DNA of 64,000 nt from Podarcis melisellensis (lineage: Eukaryota). Both the position numbers and the translations under genes were made by a program. A model generated the notes under the pieces. The model was given only the letters and a program-made list of their open reading frames with translations, was not told the origin of the DNA and did not search any database. The stretch is from the NCBI GenBank assembly GCA_964234715.1, contig OZ174287.1, one strand, 5' to 3'. This document shows, one piece after another, positions 50,101-62,400 of the stretch. Each line of letters opens with the position of its first letter. Position 1 is the first letter of the stretch.

Positions 50101-53100
50101 GCTATTCCATAGCAAGTAGCTAGTGTGGAAGGACCCTGAAAAAACAGAATTGCCCTACGACAGGTTATCAGTAGCTCAAACCACACGGCAGCTGCTGCGG
50201 CGAGTGTGATATAGCAAGATGTGCACTGCACCGTGGCTTCACATTCATGCAGGTGCACCAGAAGCAAAGATGTGTATGCTCCACCCCCATACCTTCAGAG
50301 ATTTAATTCCAGAGAAATGGGTGAGAAGTTGAATTGTGAAGAAGGACAACTCTACCAACTCATAATAACACAATTCAACAAAGCATCCCCCAAGAAAGAC
50401 AAAAAGAAAGACAAAAATAGTGGCAATGATGTAACAGGGGACAGGAACCACATGTGATCTTACATTTGAGATTCCCCATTATGAAAATAGTTGCTCACCA
50501 TGCCCCTGTTTTTAGCACAAGTTCTTGTACAGTAGGGGGGCATGTTTATATCTTAGTGAGCCCTTGACTTTTCCCAGGTGTTGTTGAATATCCTGCAGAA
50601 GAACACAAGAGTGGTGAGGTCCACTGCCCTGACAGTTTGCAACCCCAGCCCAGGGCAAAGCCATCTATCCCATCTCCAACACCCTAGAGAAGGCATCAAT
50701 GTCAAAATCTGAGTATCTCCCTCACTGAACCTTTCTGGTGAGCCTCATACAGATTTCTCCATATTGCTCTAGTGACTTCTACCACAAGTATTCCTCTACA
50801 GATGTTCTATTGGAAATGACCTGAACCTTGCAGGCCAAAATGTAGGTGGGGTGGGTTTGGGGTTTTTTCTGGCAACAGGAAGTTTGAGCAGAGACACCTG
50901 CACTTGGGTACAGTAAAAAACAGCTCTAAGAAGCCTGCTTTTCTCTCATTCAGCTCATAGAGCCTTAGAGAAATCCAGATGGTCCTAATTTTGGGGAGCA
51001 GGTGCATCGACTCAGTGCTTTTGATCCCTGAGGCTCAGACATGTGGGATGCTTTCACTGGTGCTTGTCCCCACCAGTCCACACGTCTGATGGGGACCACG
51101 GGGACAGTGCCATTCACATGGCTGGTTCACCATGATGAGTCCAGGGGAAGGTGCGTCTCTGGGAGGACGTTATTTGCCTTTCTCTAGGGCACCTCCTGCC
51201 TGTTCAGCTGTGAACGAGATCCTGTCATTTGGAGGTACCCTGAGATGCTATTTTCTTACGCTTAGGCGTGTGACAAAACTTTCCACAGCAAGAAGGGGTG
51301 GCATTACCCCATTTCCCAGGATTCTGTAGGTCAAATGAAGGAAAGAGGAATTCCCCACGGCTTCTCCCTTGTGAAAATCAAGATGCTTCTGCTGCACAAG
51401 GGAGAACTGAAGGAGAATTTGGGGAGTGGAGGGAGGAAACAGATCAAGGGGAAAAGAATGGCATCACCTTTTCTTTTCTTTTTGACAGCTATGGTTTAAA
51501 TGTTTACTTTCTGTATCAGCTCAGCTGCACCTTCGAAACTGCCGTTTCATAAATACAACCGGGACGGCATAAGCTATAATTTGGAGATAGCAACCGCAGG
51601 ACATATCTAGATCCGTTTGCGCTACTTTAATTAAATACTGCATTATGGCTTGTGACAACTTCATCGCTAAAGCGTAAATGAATGTGGAATTAAAGTCTTA
51701 CTTAGGCTTTCAATATCATCATCTTTTGGGGTCTTTTTTTGTTTTGTTTTGTCTGCTCACGTCTTTCTTTCTTTTTCTTTTTGCTCCTCACCCTCCATTT
51801 CTCAGTTTAACAAAGAAAAGAGCCATAAAATCAAGATGCTTGTTCATTTACAGATGGAGCAGGCGTGGAAAAAGAAAAAGAAAAAAGAAAAGGCAAAGAA
51901 AGGAAGAAAAGAAAAAGATGGGCCACGTTACACAAGTCTATAGCACTCCCTCTTCTGAGGTTTCTCTGATAGCAGAAAGAATTCCTTTGATGGGAAATGC
52001 TTGAATATTAATTGTGTGTGTGACTCTTATCTTTCAAACCCGGCTCCTTATGAATGATAGTTCTCATGGCTGTGGGATTTTGCCTCTTTTGTGTAGAATT
52101 TAATAGCCTGCTTTTAATTTAATTTAATTTTTTTATATATAAAAAAACAAAACTGTTGATTCGTTGCTACTCTGGTACATTAGAAGGCTCTGGAAGTTCA
52201 TACCATTTCATTTTTGATCTCCACAAATGAAGCAAGAGCAGTTTCCCCAGTCTCTGCTGCCCCTTCCAGCCCCCCCCCCCGACCACATCGGTAAACTTGA
52301 AAGGAGTTATGGGGCTAAAGCAAACTTATTTTATTCCCAGAAATGTAAGCCCCGATCCCATCAATCTATCTGCTTCTCCTCTAATGAAAAGCCAGACCGT
52401 ATGTGACATTTCGTGGCACCAACCACTTTAAATGTTACCAACATCAATCGGGTTTTTAAATGTTACTCACGTCTCGCACGGATTGGGAAATGGTTTTATA
52501 ATTATCTCCTGCTCTCTAAACGAACTGAGAGATTTCCACTGTTGTTCTTTCTTTATTTTTTTAAATTCTTTATCACAGCCAAATTAAATGACAATGCATA
52601 TTTATATTCCAAAGCTCCAGGAGATAAAAAATAAAAATAAAAATTTTAAAGCCTAACAAGTTTTTTGCAAATGTGTAGTTGCCTTCTCACCAAGCTCTGG
52701 CACAGTAAAGGAAGTTCTAAAGAATTTGATGGGTTCTTTTTTTCTTTTCTTTTTTACAGACAATAATTGGATTTACAAAAATTCCTTTTCTCCAAATCAT
52801 TGCGAAGTCGGAAGGAAGGAAGAAGTTGTGATGTTGTTCGAGCTAAATATTGTGCTGACAAAACCTTTTGCAGTTCCTATTTTTGAACTCTGCAACCTAA
52901 ACAGAAATGTTTGCCTCCTTTCATCTTCCTAAGAAATAACCAGCATCCTTCAATAATTAGTAATGTTAAGAGGAAAAGCTTTCCTCTGCCAATTTTAAAT
53001 AGGGTGCCACATTGAAGCATCGCCCCCTTTCTCCCCATCACCAACATGGGCAGATTAGCAAAGTGTTTAGAACTAAATCTTTGTCTAATAAAGGCAGAGT

Positions 53101-55502
53101 TGGTTTTCACCAAGAGCTGCTTGTTATAAACCTGCCTTTGGAAAATGGAAGGAACGTCTCATTTAAAGACACAAATTTCCCCGATAATATATTCGAATGG
53201 AAACGCACCGAATCCACTACGACACGGGCATAACTAATAAATTTGCAATATTTCAGCCTCAACAGCCTACAACGGTTCGTTTTAAAGATTTATGTGGTAA
53301 AAAATTACTCGGCGATGAATGGAGTTTATTCTGTGCCGGATTGGAAGGTATAAGGAATTAAACTACTGTCTTTAGCAGTGTATTTATTATTACCTCTGTC
53401 AAAGAACGAAGACTTTAACAGCATCCATGATAAATTTCAGCGCAGAATAAACGGGGTGAGGGAACGGCACACATGCAAACACAAGCACATATATATTATA
53501 TAAAAATATTACACACAACACTCCGGAAAATCCTGCACATGTCTGCCTAGTTCTTTTTGCCTACTGGATCATTCGCATTTCCAGACCAAAAGAAAAATAA
53601 AATTTGGAACTCATATAAGGGCCGTTTATTATATCATATAAGGGACTGTAATATTCTGGAATACAGGATGTCTCTTTAAATCAAATTATGCTTCTAAAAA
53701 TAACAAGCAGCTCAATGCCCAGAAAACATGCCTATGTGGAAATGTCCACGTGGAAGATAGAGAGGAATGCAAGCTAGCCTTAATGATACCTGTCAAGATA
53801 ATGGGCACAGTCTTATCCAGGTGAGATCAGCTATTGAACGACAATTCTATTTTTCTACTCTGAAGACAAGAGCAAAACTTGAACAGGTTACTTTGCTGAA
53901 TTCGAATCCTAAATTCCAGCTCAGCTTTTCCATTTAGGAAGATGAAAACAGGATTGGATCAAGATAGAAAATCCAAATGGCACTTCTTTCCCAACAATTA
54001 ACCCGGTGAATAATCCACTAGGAAGATTCCCTATGCAAGCATCGCTGAAGTGAAGGACTGTGAAGCACAGCTCCTATGCATTTTAGCGGGGCTTGCGCAG
54101 CAGAACTTCCCAGTAGGTCAGATCTGTCCATCTCCAACTCCGCCACTCTTAATGGCAACCCAAACCTGCTACCTGGCTGCCTCATGATTCGGCCATATTC
54201 CAAGATAATTGAATGCAGATTAAATTTAGCAGCATTCAAGTCACAAACAGGGTCTGGAGGGTGGATTCCCTACCCTCCAGCCATTCAATGACTGCTTATG
54301 GGTATAGTGGGGATTCCAAACTGCATTAGTTGTTGAGTTACAGAACCAAGTGGTGGTAGTTCTTCCACACTGATTAACACAGAGTATAAAAGCGGACGTG
54401 TGTGTGTGTGTGTGTAACTGAACCTCCTTTGCTCACACTATGAATGCCTGTCAGTTGTATACTCCAAAGCAGTTGAGAATGAGAGATGTTAACATTACCT
54501 ATGGATTAAAGAGCAGAAGCTCTGTGTGACTTGACACCTTTTAAACAACCTGACATATTCACAGTCAAGGGAGTAACAGTGATTTAAAAAAAGGATTTTC
54601 CACCCATCGCTTCCTTCAGTATACACTTATGGGTGACAGGGGAGATCACAGTTCACATCAAAAAGAGTGTGTGGGTATGATGTAAGCAACCGAGACTGTT
54701 TTCGCAGACAGTGGGACAGCCTGAGAATATGGAAAGGGGAAATGATGGGCAATTGCAAGTTCGGAAAGGAGTTCACGTATTTTAGAAGAGCACCCAACTC
54801 GCCATCACACAACCTGCCATAGGCAAGGTAGCATTTAGGATGGGAGGGAGAAGAGTGAAAAACACCTGGAGTTTATATGATTATAACCAGATTAATTTTA
54901 GAATGGCACAGCTATTGGGCAGCGATAGATTATTCGAGGGGTAGAATCACATGATTCCAGCTCCAGCTCCCACCCTACCCTGCCCTGTAACCTTTCTGTC
55001 TTTTTACAGAACGATGTATAGAAAATTACATGGGAGGAATAAATTGTCCTGGGGTTTGTTTCTGGATGGCTGCTTCTTGTCTGAGGGTGGAGATGGAGGG
55101 GGGTTGTGTTAGGGGAAGCTTTTCGAAGTGGGGATATGAGGTGGGGAAATAGCCTTAAGCCTGAATTTGACCGGTGCATGACCGTTGCCTTCTGGCTGAC
55201 CTCAGATTCTATTCCCAGGCCTTTTCCGATTCTATAGTCTCCTGTCCCCGTGGGGGTTATTAATGGAAGCAAAAATACCCCCCTCCCAGCCAACGACTAT
55301 GTCTTTCGTCATTGCAATGCAGCTTGTTAAGAATGGCAAGATGCTGGGGGGGGGAATGATATGTGGGTTTAAGTGCTACTTGCGAAAATGGTCTTAGTTG
55401 AAATCAAGGTTCATCACAGCGTCATCTGACTGTTCTTACGCCCCCCCCCTTCTGCCAGCTCTAACGCCATACTATTCCCCTCCCTGCACTCCCTCAGAAA
55501 GA

Positions 55503-55516
55503 CCACTAGATGTCAC
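55503..55516 (+). promoter_or_regulatory. CTCF-like core motif
   Basis: CCACTAGATGTCAC, one change from CCACTAGATGGCAC. Confidence 0.5.
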
Positions 55517-58500
55517 CAGCCTCCTCCTTTCACTCAAGGGTCTGGGGAAATAAAATGACGCTTAAAGCAACAGAGAGAATTAGAAATGCTGGAATTTATT
55601 TATTTATTTGCTTGTCATTCACAATGAAAAGGAAATCCTGGTGTATTAAAATCATCATCCAGCTATAGAATGTATATAAGAGCTGGTTGGTTGTGGGTGG
55701 GGTGGGGTGGGGTGGGGAAGAGATGCTCTATAGTGACTGAACAGTGGGTTTTTTGTAATATTATTCTAGAAACAAATAGTTAAGGAAAGAAGCAAAAGCA
55801 TAACAGTGTTCTGGCTGACTGATCTGAACCCAATGAATATTGCTGGACCTGCAGAGAATTTCGCACATATTGCTGCACTCACTGAGAATGAATGTCCAAG
55901 ATAGAATTTTTGGGATTCAGAGAAATCCTGGGGGGATTTGTAGTTCTGTGTAGCCCTGCAGTCTGTCTCCCATGAAACAACATTTGGAGAAAATATAGAT
56001 TGTGTTTGCTGAATCAGGATGCTTATGGAAGCTGCTGACTGCATTCTTAAAGTTAGGTGGGTCGAGGTAAAGATCCTAGGACTTAAAAAATGAGTGGCAT
56101 TTGGAGCCGTAGAGTCTCAATCAATGGCCATTTAGTGTGCTCTTAACTGAATCATAGGAAGTGAAGAGTGCTGAAGATCAAGGCCATCTGCTTGCCAAAA
56201 AGCAACATTTCCCATACTTTAGTCCCTATTCCTGCCACAAGTCACCCAGCAAAACCCAGGACACATTATTATTATTACCTGTAATAGTAGTAGTAGTAGC
56301 AGTAGTAGTATACAACTGTTCATCCATAGATCACAGGGTGGTTCACATCATGCCACAATTAAAGCAAATGAACAATTAGCCTGCCACACTAAAAAGCATC
56401 TGCAGATCAGAAAGCTCTGGATGACTCAAGCGAACGAGCCTAGTACACAACATAGACAGTTCAAAATACAGCCTCTAAAATCATTGGCTAATCTGAGCTG
56501 GGGATAAAAAATTCCTCCCTGATTGCTAATATGATAACCACACAATTCTGAGCATGGGCAAAACTCCTAACAGAAATCTATTCCACACATTACATGGCGC
56601 AAACCAAACTATGTGACTAAATGTACACTTGGAAGGGAACTACAGACTATTCTGGTCTCTGAAGAGCACACTTTCATCTTGTATATGTTTCCAAACATTT
56701 GTCTGCTTCACACATAACATTTTTAGTTGTATTAAAAAAAGCCAAACAGGTGTGTATACATGCTTGGAACACGTCAGCCGGTGTCCCCTTCCTTCCCCCT
56801 GCCACATCTCTGCTCTAAAGTATCCTCTGTTTAAAAATGTTGCAGTTTGACTGTACTCATTTGCATGGAATATTTAGTTAGTCTCTTATTTGTGAGGCTC
56901 CTCAGATGGCTTCAGGCAAGCCATTGTTGTCTGGCTCACAACTTTCATATGGATAATGCTGGTGATGGTTGGGTAGATGGGTTCTCCGTCTCATTCATAA
57001 TCCTTGTTATGAGGCTCTGATATTTAATCACACCAAAGCACTTTTCACACACATACACATGGTTCTATGGAAACGAACACATAAAAGTAACATATCTAGC
57101 AGTTCTTCCATAGGAGTGTAGGAGTTTTGTGGAATGCAAGCCCTCTGGGGGCAGAGACAGTGTCAAACTGGTGCTCTGTACAGCACCATTTAGCTGGTGC
57201 TAAATGTTAAGGGGAAGTTATTTTTAAAAAATTAGGGACATCTGGCAACACTAGTGCCAAGCCGGACCGCTAACACTAGTAAGGTTTGCTACAAGCCCTG
57301 AGTGTCGTTTAAAAGCACCTGAGGCTGCAAGTCGGCTAAGGTTGCTGAGCGTAACCACTGACTGCTCTGTTAATGGTGCTAGTGAGGAGCTCCAGAACAG
57401 CTTTATCAGTTGTGCCAGTGGTGCGTTTTTAGCTCAAATTCTCCAGCTTTGCTGTGTTCAAGAAGATTGCCTAGGTTTTAATGCCGGAGCCACAGCAGTA
57501 AAAAAGATGAACCACTTAAAAAGGGGGGGGGGGCTTGAAGCTTACAAAGCACATGACATCCTGTCACAGACCTCATGGCGCCAGTCAAACACCTGCAGGC
57601 TACACCTATCCTGCGGCTGGCAATGTAAGCCAGGGATCCTGGAGGCTGTGCCAGGCAGTAGTGCCAGAAATTGAAAGATCAAGGCTGGAATTTTTGAGAC
57701 ATGCTGGTTATGCACAAATGAGAAACCCACCTTTCATCTCACACAGACAAGAGGGGTGAGTTAGCAGATGTTAGAAGATTTAATAGACAATGTTTTTATC
57801 TAGTGTAGACAGGGAAAGCAAGCACAATGGTAGGCTTACCTATGTCTGGCCAGGGGTATTGTTAGGAGGTAGCCCATGTGGACCCTGCGTCTTTCATGCC
57901 AAGCCCACCGCCCCTTTTTTAAAAACCTTAGTTTTTAAAACTTTGCTTAGCTGGAGTCTTAATATGGTCAGAGCCTTTGCTTACAGGGTGGGTGGGTATG
58001 ATGCAAAATGCAGGGCAGGTGAGACCTCAGCTACATGTCTACTTTCTTAATTTGCCCAGGGGCACTCTATGCATTTATACTCTGAACGCTTTAATAACCT
58101 AGCAATGCCTGTGTGTGTGTGGCAGAATAAAACAGGTGTGAAATTTGGTTGTGGGTGCTGAATTCAGCATCCTGGAAATTCCTGTTTTCATTTATTTATT
58201 TTTAATGATTCAGGTTTCTAGCAAAGACCCACTTGAAAGTATGTAGAAATTCTGCCTTTAAATGTAAAAAAATAAAATAACAAAACAAAAAAACTTTGCT
58301 TACGGAGCAGCTTTCCCTCTGAAAGTCAGTCTATAATCTGCAACTGTAAATTAGTGCATGCAATTTTTATACAAATTTGTGCTGTGGGTCTGTACTCTAA
58401 GTCTTTTAGTGATCCACCAATGTACCAGGACAAAGGCTTTCCCCAGTCCAACAATGCCAGAAACTGAAGCTGGGCCTCTAGAGGTCAAAATGTGTGCTCC

Positions 58501-58546
58501 AATACATGTTCATGGCCATTTGTCCTTGGAGTTCCCTCCCTACAGT

Positions 58547-58728
58547 CACTGGCGGAGGAAGAGGCGTGCGGCGGGAGCGCACCGGCCCCGGCAGCACGAT
58601 CCCGGCGGGGTGCCATTGCAGCTGCCCCCCGCCTGCGCTGGGCGCCACACCTCTATGGGTGGCACACCACACCCCCGGGATATGCGCCAGCCCCGCCTGC
58701 TCTCCGCCCCCCAGATGCTCCGCCACTG
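58547..58728. mobile_element. hAT MITE (CpG-rich, probably young)
   Basis: Perfect TSD CCTACAGT; TIR cactggcggag / ctccgccactg (one mismatch). Confidence 0.92.
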
Positions 58729-58822
58729 CCTACAGTATGTAATTTTGCCTTGTTACACCTTTTTAAAGGCCAAAACCTCCTAAAATCTAACTAAAGAACT
58801 GAAATATAACAAGTATTAAAAC

Positions 58823-58966
58823 ACAGCTTAGTTGGTTAGAGCGTGGTGCTAATAACACCAAGGTTGTGGGTGTGATCCCAATACGGGACAGCTGCAGATT
58901 GCAGGGGGTTGGAATAGATGACTCTCAGGGTCCCTAGTCTCCCAATGCTACAGTTCTATGATTCTA
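58823..58966 (+). mobile_element. tRNA-headed SINE with CR1-derived tail
   Basis: agcttagttggttagagcgtggtgctaataacaccaagg head; tail gggttggaatagatgac...ttctatgattcta. Confidence 0.8.
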
Positions 58967-59194
58967 GCCTGATGGGTCTCTAACAGCCAGCCCAAATGGA
59001 AAGGTCATATATTTATCTTATACTGCTTTTGTGAATGTGCTCATTCCCTAGTGGAAGGAGTTTCAAAGTACTGTATCATGAAAAGAATGATCATTTTTAG
59101 CAGGACATTATAAGGCTCCTTGGTTGTTGCCAGACCAAAAGTGAAAGAGAAATCAAACGGGTTTCTATCCAACCTGATGTTCTGATGGTAGTTA

Positions 59195-59418
59195 GAGGCC
59201 TGTTCGCAACATGAAAAGAGCGCAACCTGCAGCGACGCGTCTGCGCACGCACAGGTTGCGATTCATCACTTCTGCACACGCGAGTGACGTCATTTTGCAC
59301 GTCTGCGTATGCGCGGGCGATGAAACCCGGAAGCAACCCTTTCCGGTACTTCTGGGTCGCAGCGGGACATAACCTCAAAGAACGTAACATGAAGCGAACG
59401 TAACCAGAGGTACCACTG
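59195..59418. mobile_element. Truncated Tc1/mariner MITE (right TIR only)
   Basis: Ends taaccagaggtaccactg|TA, same TIR family as 3967 and 40948; CpG-rich interior. Confidence 0.8.
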
Positions 59419-62400
59419 TACAATCCAACTTAACACAGCAACAGTACATAGGAGTAGAAGACAGTCTCACATCTTAAGTTTGTCAGCCCCAAACTGTTTT
59501 AAGATGCCACTCTCTACTCCAGTTCATTACAACTAACCCAGGTGAGTGGAACTACATTTACTTGCTATGATTTCCAGTGTTCTCTTTCTCTCCTCAACCC
59601 CTCATATTTATGTTTGTTGCATAGTTTAATGCAAGGACTCAGGTATGTCACATTCATGTTTTTATATGAACTCAGAAAACATCTTACATGTGCATCTAAA
59701 AATGCAAAGGATGCTTTTGCGCTGAGCAACCCCACCCAAACATCTGACTTCCATAAAGGATTAAGCCTCAGCACTTGTAATTTCACAAAACAATGGATTG
59801 TCTCAGTGTGAAGACTATTCAGCTTTCAAGTACAGGTTCTTGTATTTCACTCTGCTGAACAGTTTAATACTGCCATGCTGGTAGAAGCTCTGGGGCAGTT
59901 TGAATGCTCCCCCCCACCCCCCACTTTTCTCTTACATGACTCTGAGGGCTAGTTCACATAATTCTTTTCCCTAGGTTGAAATCAACATGAATAGATTTAC
60001 AGTTGTTGAACTAGTCTTGTGAATAGCCCAATATGGATGTCTCTGAGCCATGAATCAACACATCCTGATTCATACCACTCTCTTGAGTTATCAAGATTTA
60101 AATGCTGGAACTGCAGAAGCTCACTTTTCATTCCCACAACTTGGATTCCAACACAATATTTAGAAACTATTTCTGGCTCTAGTAAAGACAAAAAATTGAG
60201 ACTGAAAAACCACCAAAGTATAGGGCACATTTACAAGTAATGCTTAAATTCCCATATTTGTAGATCAAAGGAAAACTTCAGGGACCAGAACATACCCTGG
60301 AATTAGTAAGTATTTTGCTTTCTCACTTTCCTTAATAATATTGGCAAAATGGCACATTCCAAACAGAGATGAAACAAAATAAAATTTGACAAACTTTCAG
60401 AATTTGAATATTTGAATCAAATCAAATGTTTTCAAAAAATGACTTTGAGGATATTAAAAAAAACCCTCTAAATAATCCGCTGATTTATTATTCTGATGAT
60501 CTATTTCAAATAAAAAATGTGAGGTAACTCTTTGCTAAATTCAATTTATACCATCTTTTACACCATTTTATTCTCACAAAAATCCTTCATTTGGCATACT
60601 GATTTTAGTCCAGTTAGCAGACTTTAAATCACAATTTTATAGCCAAAATAAAAACTTGAGAATTCCCCTATAAAAAATAAAAAAAATAAAAATCAGACTT
60701 GCACTATAGACTTTTAATGCTGCTTCACACATTGTTTTTAGGTCACACCCAGAAGTGGCTTGTCATGCGGGGTAAAAACTATCTGGCAGGTGAACAGCTA
60801 TTGCTTACTGGGAGGGAGATAAGGAGGGGTGAGATAGAAGGGAGGTCAGTGTGGCGCAAACACACCAGTGAAGTAAATCTGGCGCTCCTGTCAGTGAGTC
60901 TGCACCATGCTGACCACCCCAGTACTTTACTCCTGGTAAGTAACACACCTGCACAGAAGCTAGTGTTGCAGTTCCATTCCACCCAGTTAGCTGCTTCTGG
61001 TTGCACCTAAAGTGCTTTTAAACATTTGAAAATGTAAATTTATAAATGTGATGAAGAGCAAACTACACATTACATGTAAAGTTAGGCCAGAGGCCCCTTT
61101 TCAATAGGAAAAGTCAATTGGGGTATGTTTTGGAATGGAGAAACAGAGGGCATGGAAAGGGTTTAACTCCTCCAATTGCCCACTCCCCATGTTGTGGCTT
61201 TCACGTGTTAGAAGTGGCCATTGGGCTACTAGTGTATGCTGTTGTGTATACTGTTTGGCTCCGAGACTCACTGTGACGTGTTGGCAAATCTGGATTTTTG
61301 GTTGTGTTATGTGTGATGCAGCCCACTGGGTGTCACTGGTGAAAAGAGCTCATTATGCAAACAGAATAATAATAAAAAAAATCATACAGATTCTGAGCCT
61401 TTACAGGATTTTAGGATGTTTACTGTTGTTTGCACTTGACAACACTGAATGCAGTACTGCATTTCAGTGCTACTTGAGACCTTGGTTGCATTCCTGAGTG
61501 GAACTATCTAAAATGCTGAAGAGGAAAAAAACCAGCTTCCATTAAAATTAATTTTAGAGAAAATGTATGGGGTTCATGCTGTTGGTTCCTCTTGCCCCAG
61601 TAGCAAGATCAGATAGATTTTGCCTACTTACTGTTGAATCTCAGCCAACTAACCCCCCAGTCCCAAAATCACATCTCCCCACGGCTGATGCGCAAAAATG
61701 TCAGACAGGACCTTAGCAGCAGACGGCATGCATTCCAAACAACACCAGATGGATTTTTATATTAGCTACTATTTCATGTTCAAGGCACAGCGACCGCAAT
61801 GCTTTAAAAGGGAAAAAAAAGAAAAAAGCCAGCCAGCCTCTGCACTGCTGCTACGCTTGCTTCGGCGAGATTAATTCTGCAAAATTAATTGGGACAAGAT
61901 TGAAAAGGAAATTAAAATGCAGCTGAGTGAACAGGCTTTTCAAACACCTTTCCCCCCTCTCTCACTCCCCCTTCCTTGCTCTCTAACTATCCCCACCCCC
62001 ACACCATCAAGCTTTATTAAGCCTCGGTTTCTTGGATGGCCATAGGTGAGTTCTGTTGTCATGCAAAATAATTTATGAAAGGAAGACACTCAGGACCAAT
62101 TGGTTACACGTGAAGAAGTTGTGCTGGAGCTCCAAACCGGAGCCACTGAAGGGAGTTAAAACCAGGTCATAGTCTCATGTCAAAGGGAGGGAGGGAAATA
62201 AGTCAGACACTATTGAACTGCATGCATGTTCCTTCACATATAGATGTTTGATATATCTTAATTTTTGGCGGTATTTAGGATTCGGGAATGGTATATTCTA
62301 GAAAATGTAACATTCTGGCATATATATGGTTAATAAAAAATGGATATAGAATTGCCAAGAACTGCTGTGGTGACATTACTAAATTATTTTGAAGGGGTAG

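Noticed and set aside
51678-52004. 108-aa ORF with hydrophobic and Lys/Arg-rich segments
   Set aside because: Produced by T-rich and A/G-rich low-complexity tracts; no homology or splice support.
58358-58794. ORFs of 82-141 aa
   Set aside because: Run through a GC-rich hAT MITE.
58823-58890. tRNA-like sequence
   Set aside because: Degenerate T-arm and fused to a CR1 tail: a SINE head, not a tRNA gene.
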